Source of the DNA: Thalia democratica
Lineage: Eukaryota
Direction of reading: 5' to 3'
NCBI GenBank assembly: GCA_965202585.1
Contig: OZ241830.1
Location: 48,050,001-48,114,000, forward strand
DNA: 64,000 bases
The notes below the pieces were generated by a model. That model saw nothing but the letters and a program-made list of their open reading frames with translations, did no database searches and was not told the origin of the DNA. Below, piece after piece: positions 34,601-48,139 of the stretch. Position 1 is the first letter of the stretch. Each line of letters starts with the position of its first letter. A program made the position numbers and the translations under genes.

Positions 34601-37600
34601 ATAGCAAAGTGCTCATAGCAATGTAAATAGTTTTTCTAACTACTGTTTAACTATGTATAATGTTTTTCTGGAAATTCTTAAAACACCAAGGAACTTGATA
34701 AATTATAACTTTCAAATGTACACTAAAGACTAAAAATATTTCAAAATACTTTTGGCTTTTGCTTACAAGAGATAAAAAAGTGTAATAAATTTGCTTTATA
34801 ATAAGTCAATAAACTATTGATCAGAAAAATTTTATTTGTCGCAATTATCAAGTATTTAAAATTTATCGAGAATTAATTTACTTTTTGAAACACATCACTT
34901 TACAGAAATATGATTAAATAGCTGTTGCACATTTATAAAATGTAGCTAATATTTATGGTTTATTATTTGTTTAAAAATTTCTATAATGCTATATTAAGCA
35001 AATTAAAAGAAAAAATGGCGATTAAACTGTTTACTTTTTGGTAATATATTAGTTAAATCCACAAAAAGTAAAAAGATTATAATAATTAAATTTAATTACA
35101 TAAAAACTTACTGTTTACTGTTCCACTTTTCAATTAAATTAACTTTGCTAATGTCGTCTTTTCCAGTATTCACAAGATAAACTCCGTCATCTGAATTGTT
35201 GTACTGTTTTACAATTCAAGTAAAATGATTAAAAAAAGAATTAAAAGAGTATACTTATAAAACTTTATTCTCATTCAGTTGTTATTACGGACAAACATCT
35301 AATCAACTAAGTATAAAACTATATATAGAACATACAACATAATTATTTGGTAAAGCATAACAGAAGTATAGTAACAGGGTGTTAAAAATAATAATATGTC
35401 TCTTTAAAAACTTTTGCGGCCCGTGTAATTTAAAAATTGTTGCTATATTAGTAACAATAAAATAATACTGCTTGAAAATAAACCTATCTTTATTGAAACA
35501 ATGATTTAATAAGCACTAAAAATGTGTACTAAAAATAAAACTATAAGTATATCTTATGGTATTTGTTATTAAAAACATCTACAATGCTTGAATTGCAAAC
35601 GTTTTTTAAATTAAAAGTTCAAAATAATTTGCGGAGATTTCTGTTGGCGGGCCGTACGTTGCACACCTTTATTCTAGGCGTTAATATTTTTATATTGAGA
35701 CTTGAAGAAAGGTTTTTCAAATTTTGTTAGAAAAGTTAGATAAAAGACAAAGTAGTAATAAATATCGTTTTGTAATTAAATAATACTATTTTTATATTCT
35801 AAAATTTTGCAAAAAATCTAAAAAGATTTATAAAGTAGTCAAGTAATAGTCAATGAAAAACTTAAAACGTTTCAAGATTTTTAAAATGATTATACATTTT
35901 TGAATAGTAGAGCTAAAAGTACAAATAGTAAATTTAACTATTTTCATAGCTAAAATATTTAAAAAATTATACATAACTTACTCCGTAAAAAAGACCAAAC
36001 TGAGGTGGTACTTTGTCTTTTATAATTTTGTGCAAAAAATCAAATATAGGATCATTATAACCAAACAAAAGTTCTTCAAATGTTTTATTGACAAACAACG
36101 AAGAATCGTGCATAGTTGATACAAATTCTTTAACCAAATCTTCTACTAATTTTGGTAATTTCTCAGATTTTAGCATCGTGTCTACAGTCTTATGTAAAAT
36201 ATGTTAATTCACTATTGACCATAAACAACTGAAAGCATTTTTTATCAAAATACAAGTTATTAAAATAAACACTTAGAGATCCTTTTAGAAGTAATTAGAT
36301 TAATATTAACGTGTAAAGCTTGGTTTGTTATGCTCGTTTGTTAAAGACTGCTAAAATTTATAAGTCTTGAATGGCACTACCATAACTAAAACTTAAAAAC
36401 TTACGATCAGTGGCAGGTTAATTTGTGTGATATATTGATCAGGTTTAACTGTAGAATGTTTTTCATCATAAACTAGAGTATGATTGTATTTGTACTTAAC
36501 TGTGCTATTGACAAAAAATGCAACATCAAACCTAGGTTGGTACATTCTGAATAAAATGCAATGTCTTAAGTAATGTGTCATACTATTGAAAACAAAATGT
36601 TATATTTCGTATATTTGTATAAAATAAATAAAAACTAACAATAAAAACAAAATTATATTCAATTGTAATTATTTTCATATTTAAAAGTTTTATATAAAAA
36701 TTACCAAGACTGTATAAACTAAAACCATACAAACAACTACAATAAAGGGCAAGCTGCAACAAGGTCAAAATTAAACTTTTATTCATACTAAAAATAAATT
36801 CATGTTAAGTTTGAAAATTAAAAAAATAATGTTATAAATATATTTTCTAATAAATAAATAAATTTGATGACTTAACAAATAAACTGATTTAATAATTGAA
36901 ATCGCCTTTCGCAACAACTTTAAAATAGTAATCTACTGGATCCATAAAGTTAGTATCCGGCCGGATCCGGATCTTATTTTAAAACTATAATCCGGCTGGA
37001 TCTGGATTGTATTTTTAGATTACGATTCGGATCCTAAGGATTTTAAGTTGTTTGTAATGTTAATAGGTTAAAAGCTTCTTCTTAATAATTAAGTATTATA
37101 TATAATAAAATACCAATTTGTAAAATTTTTGAACAATGTTTTACACATGTTAATAAACAATTCTATTGAAAATTTGAAATGCTTTATTCTTAGAATAAAC
37201 AAAAAAGGTCTTCATGATAAACAAAATTCACCAACTTTGATTTCTTACTTCTTAAAAAATATTCTTAATTTTGCTATATAGTAAAAATTGTCTGAAAACT
37301 ATGATAAATATCAAAAAAAATAGAACAGCTTGTAAAAAACATGAACCCTCTTACGGACTTAGTGACAACAATTTTTTAGCTGCTGTTTATTAGGTAAATT
37401 TTTGTTCGAGATTTTAAATTAAAGTAGATAAAAATATCTTTGATTATTTCTTTTTATAGACTACTTGTTTGTTTATTTTTTCTAAAACTACCATTTTAAA
37501 ATTAGCAATAATTTACTTTTAACTATTTTTTAAATTTTACCTAATCTGAAATAAGCTAGTTCTAATAGTTTTATCTCTTATTTTTTTAACAAAATATTTA

Positions 37601-40600
37601 AATTTCTTATCTTGTTTGAAGAATTTAGTATACATAAATTATATACACTTTCTTAAAATGCACCTGTAAGCAAGAGGCCCTATTTGCTTGACTATTGGTT
37701 TTTCACCTTTAACTATTTCATCGGGATTGGTGACATTAAAAAACCAGTACTGCATGTAAATTGGTGGATTTCCATCTAAATTCATCCACTGATGAAAAGC
37801 TGGAGATTCCAAACTTAGAACCAATTGCTAAACAATAATTTGTAAAAATTTAACAGGTTGATAGCTTATGTTGTGCTGTTTTATTTTTCTATGAAAAAGC
37901 TATACTAAAGTCTGTTTTATTCAAATATGTAATCTAAAAATATATATAAATCCTGCTTTACTTTATTACAGCAAGACCTTTTTTAAATGATATGACTTAT
38001 TTTGATAAGTTATGTATTGGATAGTAAAATAAACTATAGCTATGAAAATAGTTTATTTTTTGTTTAAGAGTTGTTGTTATGTTAAAATTTTACAGACAAA
38101 AACTATTTAAATTCAGTACTACTAACTAAGTAAAAATTAACTTTCAGTACTCTCAGATGAAGATTGCCTCAAAAATATAGGATAAATACTTAAAATAAGA
38201 AACTTTAAAAAACAACTTACCAAACTTTTATTATGTTGAAAATTTTATCTATTAAGGCCATAGGGGGGGTCCACTTCGTTTTTTACAACTTGATCTTATT
38301 TTGTAAAATTTAATCTGAGCTATCAGACACTTTTAACCGCTTAAAAAACTCAAAGTAACTTTTGAGATATAAGCGATCAAAGAAAGGGCGTTCAATAGGT
38401 TCCTTATCGAAGGCAAAAACTAAAAATGCGAAAAAAAAACTATTTCACTAAAAATCTATCTCCTCCTTCATTTTTTGAGTAATCTTTCTCAAATTTTTAC
38501 AGAATGTGTATCATTAAACTTTAAAGAGATCTATTGTAGAAATTTTTTTAATTTTGAGTAAAAAAAAAATTATTGTCAAAAAACTACCCTTTTTTTTAGT
38601 TTTTTGTGGATAAAATTTTTATTTTTAAAAATTTCAAAAATTCCAACATTCAGATTCTTCAAAATATTAAAAGGAACATTTCCTGAAAATTTGAAGTCTC
38701 TAGGTCAAAAAATGAAGGAGGAGATAGGTTTTTAGTGAATTTTTAAATTTCTGAGAAAATTGACCCCGAAAAATTTGCGGTCCATACGTTTGTATCGGAA
38801 ACTTTTTACAAAAAATAAAATATCTCAAAAGTTAAATTATATTTTTGAATTCTATAAAACAGGCTTGTAGTTTGTATTTAAAGCTTTCATATAAAAGACA
38901 AAGTTATTTTTTGTAAAAAAAAAAGTCGGACCCCCCCCTATGGCCTTAGAACAACTATATTGTTTTAGCGTTTAGAAAAAACCCAGTAGTTTATATAATA
39001 ATACAAAACATTATATACTTCAAAAAGAACTTCGAAATTCTCAATTACATTTATAAATGCATTTATTTTTACTTACAATTAGATAATTAGGAAAACATCT
39101 ACAATTTTAAGGTATGCCTTGACCTAAACAGCTTGTAATTCTTTTAAAAAAATATACTTTCTAGATTTAGGTATATTATATAAAAAAATTAAAGTAGTCA
39201 TTATTTCAAGAAAAAAAGTTGCAGAAAACTTATACTTAAATAATAATAAAAGGGGTTAGTGGATATGTATAATTAGTCTTTAAAACTGAGCATACAAATC
39301 CAAAAAAAATTATTTAAAAACACGTCAAAGAGTTATTTAAATTTTAATATTTCTTTTACAAAAGTTAAAATAAAATTTTACTAAAAAACTTTTAAGCGAT
39401 AACTTTGTTTTGTAAAAATAGTCATGCAAAAAAAAATGGGCAGGTCTCAGAAAAGCACAGCGTCACTTTAGTACGGAGAGGCACTAAAGCACAGGGTGCA
39501 CTTAAGCACAGAGTGATTCTTTAGCACAGAGTGACTCTTTAGCACTGGTAGACACTTTAGCACAGAGTGTCACATTAGCACGGCGTCACTTAAGCGCGGA
39601 GTGACACTTTAGAACAGAACAACACTTTAGCACAAAGTAACACTTTAGTACGGAATGAAACTTTACCACAATTTATACTTTTAGGTAATTAAATTGAATA
39701 CTAATTATAAACATATTCAATAAAGTGTTTAAAACTTAACTGTACATAGTCAGCTTCCTGTTGACCATGCATTTTAAGCGCTTTAAAGTGTGAATTTAAG
39801 GGGAAGAATATCTACCAAAGTTATTTTTATTTAAAATTATAGTTAAGTAAGGAGTATATTGTAAGACAAGCTTGGCAGCCTTTTTAAGTAAAACTACAAA
39901 TTACATTAAGAGAAATTACTTGTAGGTAGCGATAAGTTAGAAAAAATCTTTAGTAGGCTCTATTTTTTGGGAAGAACTAGATTTAATAATAAAATAAAGT
40001 ACTAGAGAGCAAGGAGTTGGTAAATTAGCTGGTAAATGTTCTTTAACCTTGTACTATTTTAATTCACATAATAAAAAACTAATAATTTACTTACAATTTG
40101 GCTAAACATTTTGCTTGGCTGACAAGGTTGGAATTAGAACTTTATTTATGAAAAATACTAGTTTAAATTTTACTAGAAGAACGTACATAAACGAAATTTA
40201 GAAAACTATATTTAATCTCTACTAAAATTGTATTCTATACCAGCGTAGGAATTCCGGTAAATTATTGTTTTCATTTAAATTCGAAACAAGATATAGATAG
40301 AAAATATTGTGAATTAAGTTTAATCACCTTTGTAGTAGTCTATATATAAATCTTATAACACATACATACGTATTAAAAAGTTGCAACACACATAGATGTA
40401 GAAATAAGAGGAACTTACATCTTTTTGTATTGCAATAAACAAATCTACATGTGTTTTAAAAATAAATTAGGTAAATTTTTTGTAATCTATTAAGTTATCG
40501 GAGCTTTAAAAAACAAAGGCTATTTATTTATCAGTATGGATTAATATTTACATTTTACACATTTTGTTTAAAATTTATGCTTTAAATCTAAACTTACTAA

Positions 40601-42949
40601 AAATAATTTAAGCTTATTAAAAATTTTATAAAAAACCTGGAGCTCGTGTATGTTGTTAGGTTTATACAAACAGTTTTATGTTGAAAATATAAAAACAAAG
40701 TTTTAAAATACCTTAGTTAAAATGTTTTAGTAAAATGATTTAAAATAATTTGAAAAATAATTTCTATATTATTTTAAAAAACTTAAGATTTGCTTAAAAT
40801 AACTAGTAGTATTTTATATTTATCACGAAGTTTTAGTTAAAGCTTTAAGTTGTAACATATTTAAACCTTGTTAACTTTTAGTCTGTATGTTGCACAACTT
40901 TTTTTTAGATTTTTTAAAATAACAGTACAATTTTATTTAAGCATAAACAAATAGTGTCAGTCCATGCTAAAGTGACGCCATGCTTAAGTGTTACTCTGTG
41001 CTTAAGTGTTATCCTGTGCTAAAGTGTCATCCCATGTTTAAGTGTCACTCTGTGTTAAAGTGACGCTGTGCTATAATGTCACTTTGTGCTAAAGTGTCAC
41101 TCTGTGCTGAAATGTCATTCTGTACTAAAGTGTCACTCTGTGCTAAAGTGTCACTATGTGCTTAAATATCATTCCGTGCTAAAGTTTCACCCTGTGCTAA
41201 AGTGTCACTCTGTGCTAAAGTGACGACTGTGCTTTTCTGACCCGTTCCGGCAAAAAATATTATATAATTTTACCTACTAATGAAAATTTTGTAAAAAAAT
41301 TATTTTAAAAAGTTATTAGATGTGTAATCGTTTACTTATCATAATTTTTATTTTTTTAAAGATTTCTATTGACTATATAAGGCTTAATTTAAGACATGAG
41401 TTCGATAAAAATTAACAATTACTAATACTTAGGTACCAGAAAAAAAAAACTACAGTTAAAATATTACTTGAGTTTTATAATATAATTTTAAGGTAATTAA
41501 CTACACCTAGAAGATATTTGAAACTTTCTTTCATAAATTTTAAGTATTATTTAAATTAGAGGACTATAATTATATTTGATATGGGTAAAAAGTTTAGAAA
41601 TGACTTATTTAAAGATAATAGATATCATACTATGAAATATTCTAAAAACAATATAAATACTAATTTGTAATACTTATTAAAAATAATTGAAAATGATAAA
41701 ATACATCTAGTAAATAAGTGTTATTTTAAATTACAACATTAGCTCTAGTGACACGGTTACAGTAGGTTTTTTGAAAAAAAATTTCAGGATTTTGAAAGTA
41801 CAAACTTTTTTATCTATTTTTTAGTATAACGTTAAATTTACAGTTATGCTACTGTCAAATACAGTACAAAATATTGAAAAAATACTGTAATGCTACTTCA
41901 ATTGTGTTTTATAACAAATAAATTCTAGATGATACTTAAATAGGAACCAGTCAAAATTGCTTAAGGTTACTAAATTGCGCAAGGGGAGTAAGTTGCACAA
42001 GAACAAAATTGCACAAAGACTAATTTGCACAAGGAAAAAAAATTGCACGAAGGCAATTTTGCACCAAAGGTCAATTTTGCACAACAGTAAAATATACAAA
42101 AAAGAATGTATAAAAAAAACTAAAAGATAAATTAATAAAAAAAAAAAAAGTTACCAACTGAGGGTAAGGGGTAACAGTGATAGAAAAAAATAATAGTAAA
42201 TAATCAAAAATAAAAAAAATTAAAATTAATACAAAAACTTTAAAAATAATAATAATTTAACCCGTGCAAAAATGTCTACTTGCAAAATTGTCTGCTCGTG
42301 CAAAAGTGACGCTTCGTGCAAAAGTATCTTTCTGCAATTTTATCTTTGTGCAAAAGTGTCTTCGTGCAAAAGAATATTTGTGTAATTTAAAGCACTTGTT
42401 CAATTTTGTCCGCTTGTTCAATTTTGACAGCTACCACATAAATAGATCATTAAATTTATCATATATCATTAAATATAATCTTATTTAATCAAAGTTTCAT
42501 TATTTTACATGTAAAAAATGTTTAAAATTCCAGGTTTTTTCAGGTATTTTTATAATATCTTAAATTCCAGGGGCTTTTTGCTTAAATTTTCAAACTTAGG
42601 TTTTTCAAGAATTGCAAATTTTATAGCAATCCTGTAGAGTAGTGATAAAGATGTGTACTTGAACTTACTGTTAAGCATATAAAATGTAAAAAAACCTTAA
42701 GTTGTTTTTCTACTTTGATAAATTTTTTCTACATTTTTATTTTACTATCTAAAAACTTTGTTATATAGAAAACACATAAGCAAATGCGTTAATTTTTTTA
42801 AGAAAGACACTTACTGAATTGACCATTGTTTTGACAAGCTTTTCTACAGTTCCAAGGGCAATGATAGTAGTAGCAGCAATGATAAGACACAAGCCAATTA
42901 TACTACAAACCGTTGGACATGCTGTCTTTTTACATTTTTCAGAAGCCAT
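28624..42949 (-). CDS. CD36/SCARB (scavenger receptor class B) family protein, about 507 aa, 12 coding exons
   Basis: Exons 42949-42815, 37827-37664, 36546-36405, 36188-35982, 35203-35112, 32799-32750, 32474-32405, 32001-31868, 31706-31540, 31028-30903, 29263-29120 and 28716-28624 join in frame (1524 nt). Family motifs: [65 protein letters not shown]- and C-terminal TM helices. Confidence 0.9.
33458..34092. mobile_element. TTAA-flanked MITE, Kolobok-type (CD36 intron 5)
   Basis: TTAA|GGCCATAG...TTATGGCC|TTAA; the interior shares blocks such as AAAATCTATCTCCTCCT with the other copies. Confidence 0.75.
38256..38945. mobile_element. TTAA-flanked MITE, Kolobok-type (CD36 intron 1)
   Basis: TIR GGCCATAGGGGGGGTCC / GGACCCCCC...CTATGGCC; flanks TTAA and TTAG. 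Confidence 0.78.
39438..41249. mobile_element. MULE/foldback-like element with inverted subterminal 18-bp tandem arrays
   Basis: The left array (TTAGCACAGAGTGACACT)n at about 39455-39670 mirrors the right array (GTGCTAAAGTGTCACTCT)n at about 40965-41230. Terminal TCAGAAAAGCACAG / CTGTGCTTTTCTGA. Flanks GCA9T and GCA6T suggest a TSD of about 9 bp. Confidence 0.6.
41943..42435. mobile_element. MULE/foldback-like MITE with inverted arrays of ~17-bp repeats (TTGCAC core)
   Basis: TIR GGAACCAGTCAAAATTG / CAATTTTGACAGCTACC. 9-bp TSD ACTTAAATA and ACATAAATA (8/9 match). Confidence 0.7.
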
Positions 42950-43773
42950 GCTAAGACAACATTTGTCTAAAAATAGCTCTAAAAAGTACAATTGTGGTTA
43001 TTTTTTCTAAAGTCTGAGCTAGATAGTATTGTAAAATAAATACATAAAAAACTAGTTTAAACTACACAAAAAGTGAGCCTAAGACGGAATGAACACCAGA
43101 GTTTCAACAGAATTCATTACCATTCTGTGCAGCAATAAAGACTTTAAAACTTTAGAAGTTAATTTAAATCTTTAAATTAAAAATATTTAATATGTTTTTT
43201 CTAAAAAACTTTGTAAGGATATCTATAAAAATACACACTTTATTTCAAAAATTGATAAGTAAATTAATGCTTCATTCATAACACAAAACACATAAAAAGA
43301 ACAATCAAAAGTAAACAGTAAACTTTCAAGTTTTAAACACTTGTATGTTATAAGAAAGAAAACTCATAGTCTAATGAATAACAAAGATTTCAAAAACATA
43401 CCATTAAAAAATTACAAAAAGTTAATTGTATTTTACATATTTTATAAAAAAAAATTGAAAACACATAATCCTTATCATTTTATTATTTAGTTTTTAGTAT
43501 TTGTAGCAGTGAAAAAAAATATTTAATCAGATTTAAAAAAGCTAATTTAAATTTTATAACAGTAAGACTGTTAAATTTTAAATGAGTTTTAGCAAACTTG
43601 AAGACATTTTAAGAGATTTAGATAGCAATTTGCAACAGACTTATTTTTTTAAAGTCTAACATTGAAAATGGAAGGCTTTCTATCAAGTAAAATGCATATA
43701 AAAAAGTTTATGTAGAAGTATAAAACTTTTTGCATGAGATACCTTGTTATTGATTTTTGAATAGCTGATGATT

Positions 43774-45141
43774 TCAGGCCTCAGGCTTAGCAAAACCACT
43801 GTCTTCTGATACTGACATCATGCTGTGAGTATCAGACTTCATTGAGTGAGAATCAGAGTCAACTGAGACAGTGTCAGAGAGTAGTGAGGCACCAGGAACT
43901 GTGCTATCTACTGATGACGGATTTGTCATCTTTGAAGAGGTCATAGGAGATGGAGAAGCAAAATTAGAACTGCTCCCCACTCCTGATGTCACACTTGAAG
44001 CAGGAGAGGGGTGTGATGGATACCCACTTTTCGAGTAAGAGTTGTGTGCAACTGAAGGAGGTAAGTATGATGAAGTGCGTGCCATGATATTTGGTACAGG
44101 ACTTGAAATTGACCTTGTTCTTAGACTGTTTAAGCCTGAAGAATGAGGAAACTCACCTCTGATTGATTCTAAGTTGTTTCTGCTCTCCTCATCCATTTCT
44201 AGACTGGATTCTGATTCTGAAAGTTGCCTTGATAAAGCCTCTCTTCTTTCAGTTTCAACCATAAGCTGTCTATGAAGGCGGGCATTTTCCTCTCTCAGCT
44301 GGCGTTCGTCATTTAACAATACTGTCATTTTTGAGTTTCTATCACTTTGTACATTTGCTAACTGACGTCTTAGCCAATCAACTTCTTTTTTCAGATAACG
44401 AACATGTGCTGTAAGATTATCACTATTACCAGCATGATGATGATGATGATGATCAAAAGACACAGACTGTCTTGGAGAAGGTGGAGCACTGATGGGCTGA
44501 TTAAGTTTTTCTTGTAATAACCTTTTTTCAGTTTCTAGTTTATCCATTTTTTTCCAAAGTCTATTAACTAATCCCTCTTGTTCTTTTTCTAGTGTGTTTT
44601 CTAACTCTATTTTTTCTCTTCTAAGCTCTTCCAACTTAAAATGTTTATCATGAGTTTCACGCTTTAGCTTTTCAATCTTTCTCATCAATGTATTTACTTG
44701 TTTCTCTTGTTCTTTTTCTAAAGTCTGCTCAAGCTCAACTTTTTCTTGTTTTATTTGGTTCAATTGTCTTTGAAGTTCATTTGTTAAAAATTCCTCTTCA
44801 GTTTCATACTTATTTACAAGTGTCTCTTTTTCTTTTTTTAGTTCATTAATTTTTTTCATCAATGTGTTTGAAATGTACTCTTCTTCTTGCTCAGCTTTAG
44901 CTTGAATAGTTACACTGTTTCTTCTTAGGGTTCGATTCTCCTCTAACAACACATTAACTTTAATTTTGTATGTCTCCAACTCAACTTTAAGCACTCTGTT
45001 TTCTTGCTGTAAAGAAGCAATCCTAATATTAAGTTCATCTCTTTTAGTTGTAGTTGTGCTTAGGGTAGGCTTTAATTTTATGTTACTTTTGTTCTTATTT
45101 GCTTTTCCAAGCAGATCTGTGTCAGACTCTGACTCTGACAT
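43774..45141 (-). CDS. CCDC6: Coiled-coil domain-containing protein 6 (455 aa), CDS without introns
   Basis: [69 protein letters not shown] and [22 protein letters not shown] match the CCDC6/DUF2046 consensus. Ser-rich tail. Confidence 0.93.
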   Translation of the reverse strand: MSESESDTDLLGKANKNKSNIKLKPTLSTTTTKRDELNIRIASLQQENRVLKVELETYKIKVNVLLEENRTLRRNSVTIQAKAEQEEEYISNTLMKKINELKKEKETLVNKYETEEEFLTNELQRQLNQIKQEKVELEQTLEKEQEKQVNTLMRKIEKLKRETHDKHFKLEELRREKIELENTLEKEQEGLVNRLWKKMDKLETEKRLLQEKLNQPISAPPSPRQSVSFDHHHHHHAGNSDNLTAHVRYLKKEVDWLRRQLANVQSDRNSKMTVLLNDERQLREENARLHRQLMVETERREALSRQLSESESSLEMDEESRNNLESIRGEFPHSSGLNSLRTRSISSPVPNIMARTSSYLPPSVAHNSYSKSGYPSHPSPASSVTSGVGSSSNFASPSPMTSSKMTNPSSVDSTVPGASLLSDTVSVDSDSHSMKSDTHSMMSVSEDSGFAKPEA

Positions 45142-45335
45142 TTCAAAGTTAAATACTAGAAATACTTTTTTACAGACCTAAAATAAATATTTTTTTACTA
45201 ATTTTAAATTATGTTTTAGACTGTGTATTTTGTTCTAGGAATTGAATTTTACTTAATTTTTTTTTTATACTAACAAAGATTTTTTACTGAGTTTTAAATA
45301 CTTTAAAAATCAAGCCATTACTTATTTACAGGTTT

Positions 45336-45338
<3 letters not shown>

Positions 45339-45374
<36 letters not shown>
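45339..45374. repeat. (TA)n microsatellite
   Basis: Run of about 18 TA units. Confidence 0.95.
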
Positions 45375-45383
<9 letters not shown>

Positions 45384-45469
45384 CAGCATCTCTGTTTACC
45401 AAAGTGCTTTTTATTTTAAATTTGAAGTAGCTGAAGATAAAAGACAATCTTTTTGTCAAACACTTTTTT

Positions 45470-46115
45470 TTTGGAAATTTGATCTTATTTTATTTAGTTT
45501 TTACTAAGCTACAAGATGCTTTTAATAGATTTAAAAATATCAAAATAATTTTTGAGATATAGCCGGTCAAAGTCAGAGGCAACAATAGGTTCCTAATGGG
45601 AGACGCAAACTAAAACAGCAAAAATTGACTATTTCTCTAAAAATCTATCTTCTCCTACGTTTTTGAGATAAATACCTCAAATTTTTAGGAAGTGTTCCTT
45701 GATATATTTAGAAAATTTTGTCAGAAAGAATTTAAAAAAAAAATTTAAATTAAAATTTTATATAAAAATTAAACAAAAACGCTGTTTTTTTTTATTATAA
45801 AATTCTTATTTTTTTTTACTTTTTTAAATTTAGTTGCAACAGAATTTTCTTAATATTGAAAGGAACATTTACTGAAAATTTGAGGAAGTTATCTCAAAAA
45901 ACGTAAGAGGAGATAGATTTTCAGTGACTTCTAGTTATTTGCCGTTTTAGTTTGCGTCTCCCATAAGGATCCTATTGTTGCCTCCAACTTTGACTGGTTA
46001 TGTCTTAAAAATTATTTTGAATTTTTAAAATCTGTAAAAATCATCTTGTAGCTTAGTAAAAACTATACAAAATAAGATCAAATTTCAAAATAAGTGTTTT
46101 ACCCCTTAATAACCT
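45470..46115. mobile_element. MITE of the same Kolobok-like family with long (~200 bp) inverted arms
   Basis: About 45480-45680 is the reverse complement of about 45880-46090 (GATCTTATTT...ACTAAGCTACAAGATG...GGGAGACGCAAACTAAAAC). A related fragment lies at about 18740-18925 and a degenerate copy at about 46720-47280. Confidence 0.65.
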
Positions 46116-48139
46116 TAAAATTTATACTTTTTTTATAGAGTTACCACTCCATGAACAACAAAACTAGTCTGATTGTGTGGCAACTGTCTTATTGTTTATA
46201 AGTTTATTACTGGGTTTCTGATGACTGTCGTAAGTTTTATCTACATCTTTCTTACCAATTATTAATTAGCCTCAACTCTTTTAGGTATGTCAGTCTTATG
46301 TCTCAGAAAGTCTTTAAAATATTTCAATATATAAAGTGATGACTTGACATCAAAAATTATAACTGTATTGTAAAATAGAATGAAATTGTATGCTTTTAGT
46401 TGGTACATTCAAATTCCAATTACAACAATTGTAATTGAGACAGTTCAAACTCTTCAAGACTTTTATAAGGCCACATTTTAATAAACAATTAAAAATTGAC
46501 TAATGAAAATATAAGTGAAGTTTTTATAAAAAAAGATTATGCTGGTTCAAAATTTAACAAAATTTTTGAAAAATATTTCAGAATCAGTCATAATGATAAA
46601 AATTTTATATGTTGTAGACCCCTTTTAGTTTCAGCAAAGTGTTGTTACTACAAGATTAAATTGATATCTTTTAGTTTTTAAAAATTTATAAATAATCAAC
46701 AAGTTGCAATTTTATTATAAAGGTTATATAGAAGGCTTGTTCTTTAAGAGTTATTTTGTTTAGTTTTACTGTAGCTATCAGACACTTACCATTAAACAAA
46801 AATTTAAGTTACTTTTAAGATACAAAAGATCAAAGTCAGTGAGCTTAATAGGGCGTTTTGTGAGAAACAAAGCATAAGGCAAAAAAAATTATAATAATAT
46901 TAATAACAGTGAAAAATATATTTTTATTGAAATAGTTTAATTATGCCTTTTTGGTAATTGGTAACATTATAATAAAAAACATTAGTAATATTCAAACAAT
47001 TTACCCAAAGGACATTATTTTAATTATAATAAAAATTTTATATTAGAAAACCTTAGATAGATCTTAAACCAACATTAAATTTCCAAGAAAACAAAATGAA
47101 AAGTTGCAGTCCATGTGTTTGCATCAAAATCTTTTTACAAAATTTTACTTTTTCTCAAAAGTTAACATATTTATTGAAGTCTATAAACAGTGATAATCTA
47201 TTATACCTTCAACTTTCATATATATAAAAGCCAGTTTTACTTTTTGTAAAAAAAATGTTGGACCTTCTCTAAATAGCTTTACTACAACTTCTTTACACCT
47301 TAAAATAATCTTGTTTTAGAGTGTCAGTTTAAACAATGACAATTGACAAATTAAATGATTTTTATACGAGATTTCATAGTTACAACACCAATCAATTTTA
47401 ATTTAACATGTATAAATTTAGTTTATATTTGCTCTTATTTTTATAGCTATTTGGCAAATAGTTTTGGTATAACAATAAATTTTTGAAACTTAAACTATTT
47501 TTGGGAATAATGTCATAATGGCTAGAAGGGTCATTTATTATTTTATCACATATATTAAAAATTGATTAAAATTATATTCAAAATATAATTATTGGTGTGA
47601 AATTAAAAAAAAAAATTACGTAATGTACTTTGTTTCAAGAGTAGTTATTTATATAAACTATACAACTAAATCACTATTTATTTGTTAAATACTGATGAAG
47701 TACTTATGTTTTGTTACCATAAAAAAAACTAATGTATTTAAACAATTTGTACTTATTTTGTTGTAATACTAGCCAATTCCAGGAAATTAGATTTTTAATA
47801 GCTTGTATTAAGTAGGTGTTTTCTGTATCAGCCTTGGTTGCAGTGATCACAGTTTGGATGTTATCTTTTAATTTTATTTAGCCTAAGTTTAGTTCAGAAT
47901 ACAGGGTTGCCAAACTTAAAAACTGAAATAGCATAGACTGTGTAAATAACCTAGGACTAATTAATGATGGGAGTGATGATTTCTGCAAATTTAATTTTTT
48001 AAAAATTCTCTTCTTTAGATGATTGTTTGTTTTGTGAAGGTTGCTTTAAATTGATACATCTTAAATTTCAAAAGTATCAATTAAAAAGTTTGCAGAAATG
48101 TGAAAAAATAATTTACCCTTTTTTTGTGAAACCTGTAAG

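Noticed and set aside
39455-42488. CRISPR-like appearance of the 17-18-bp arrays, and ORFs 41893-42099 and 42264-42488
   Set aside because: The units are contiguous with no unique spacers, the context is eukaryotic, and the ORFs are by-products of the repeats.
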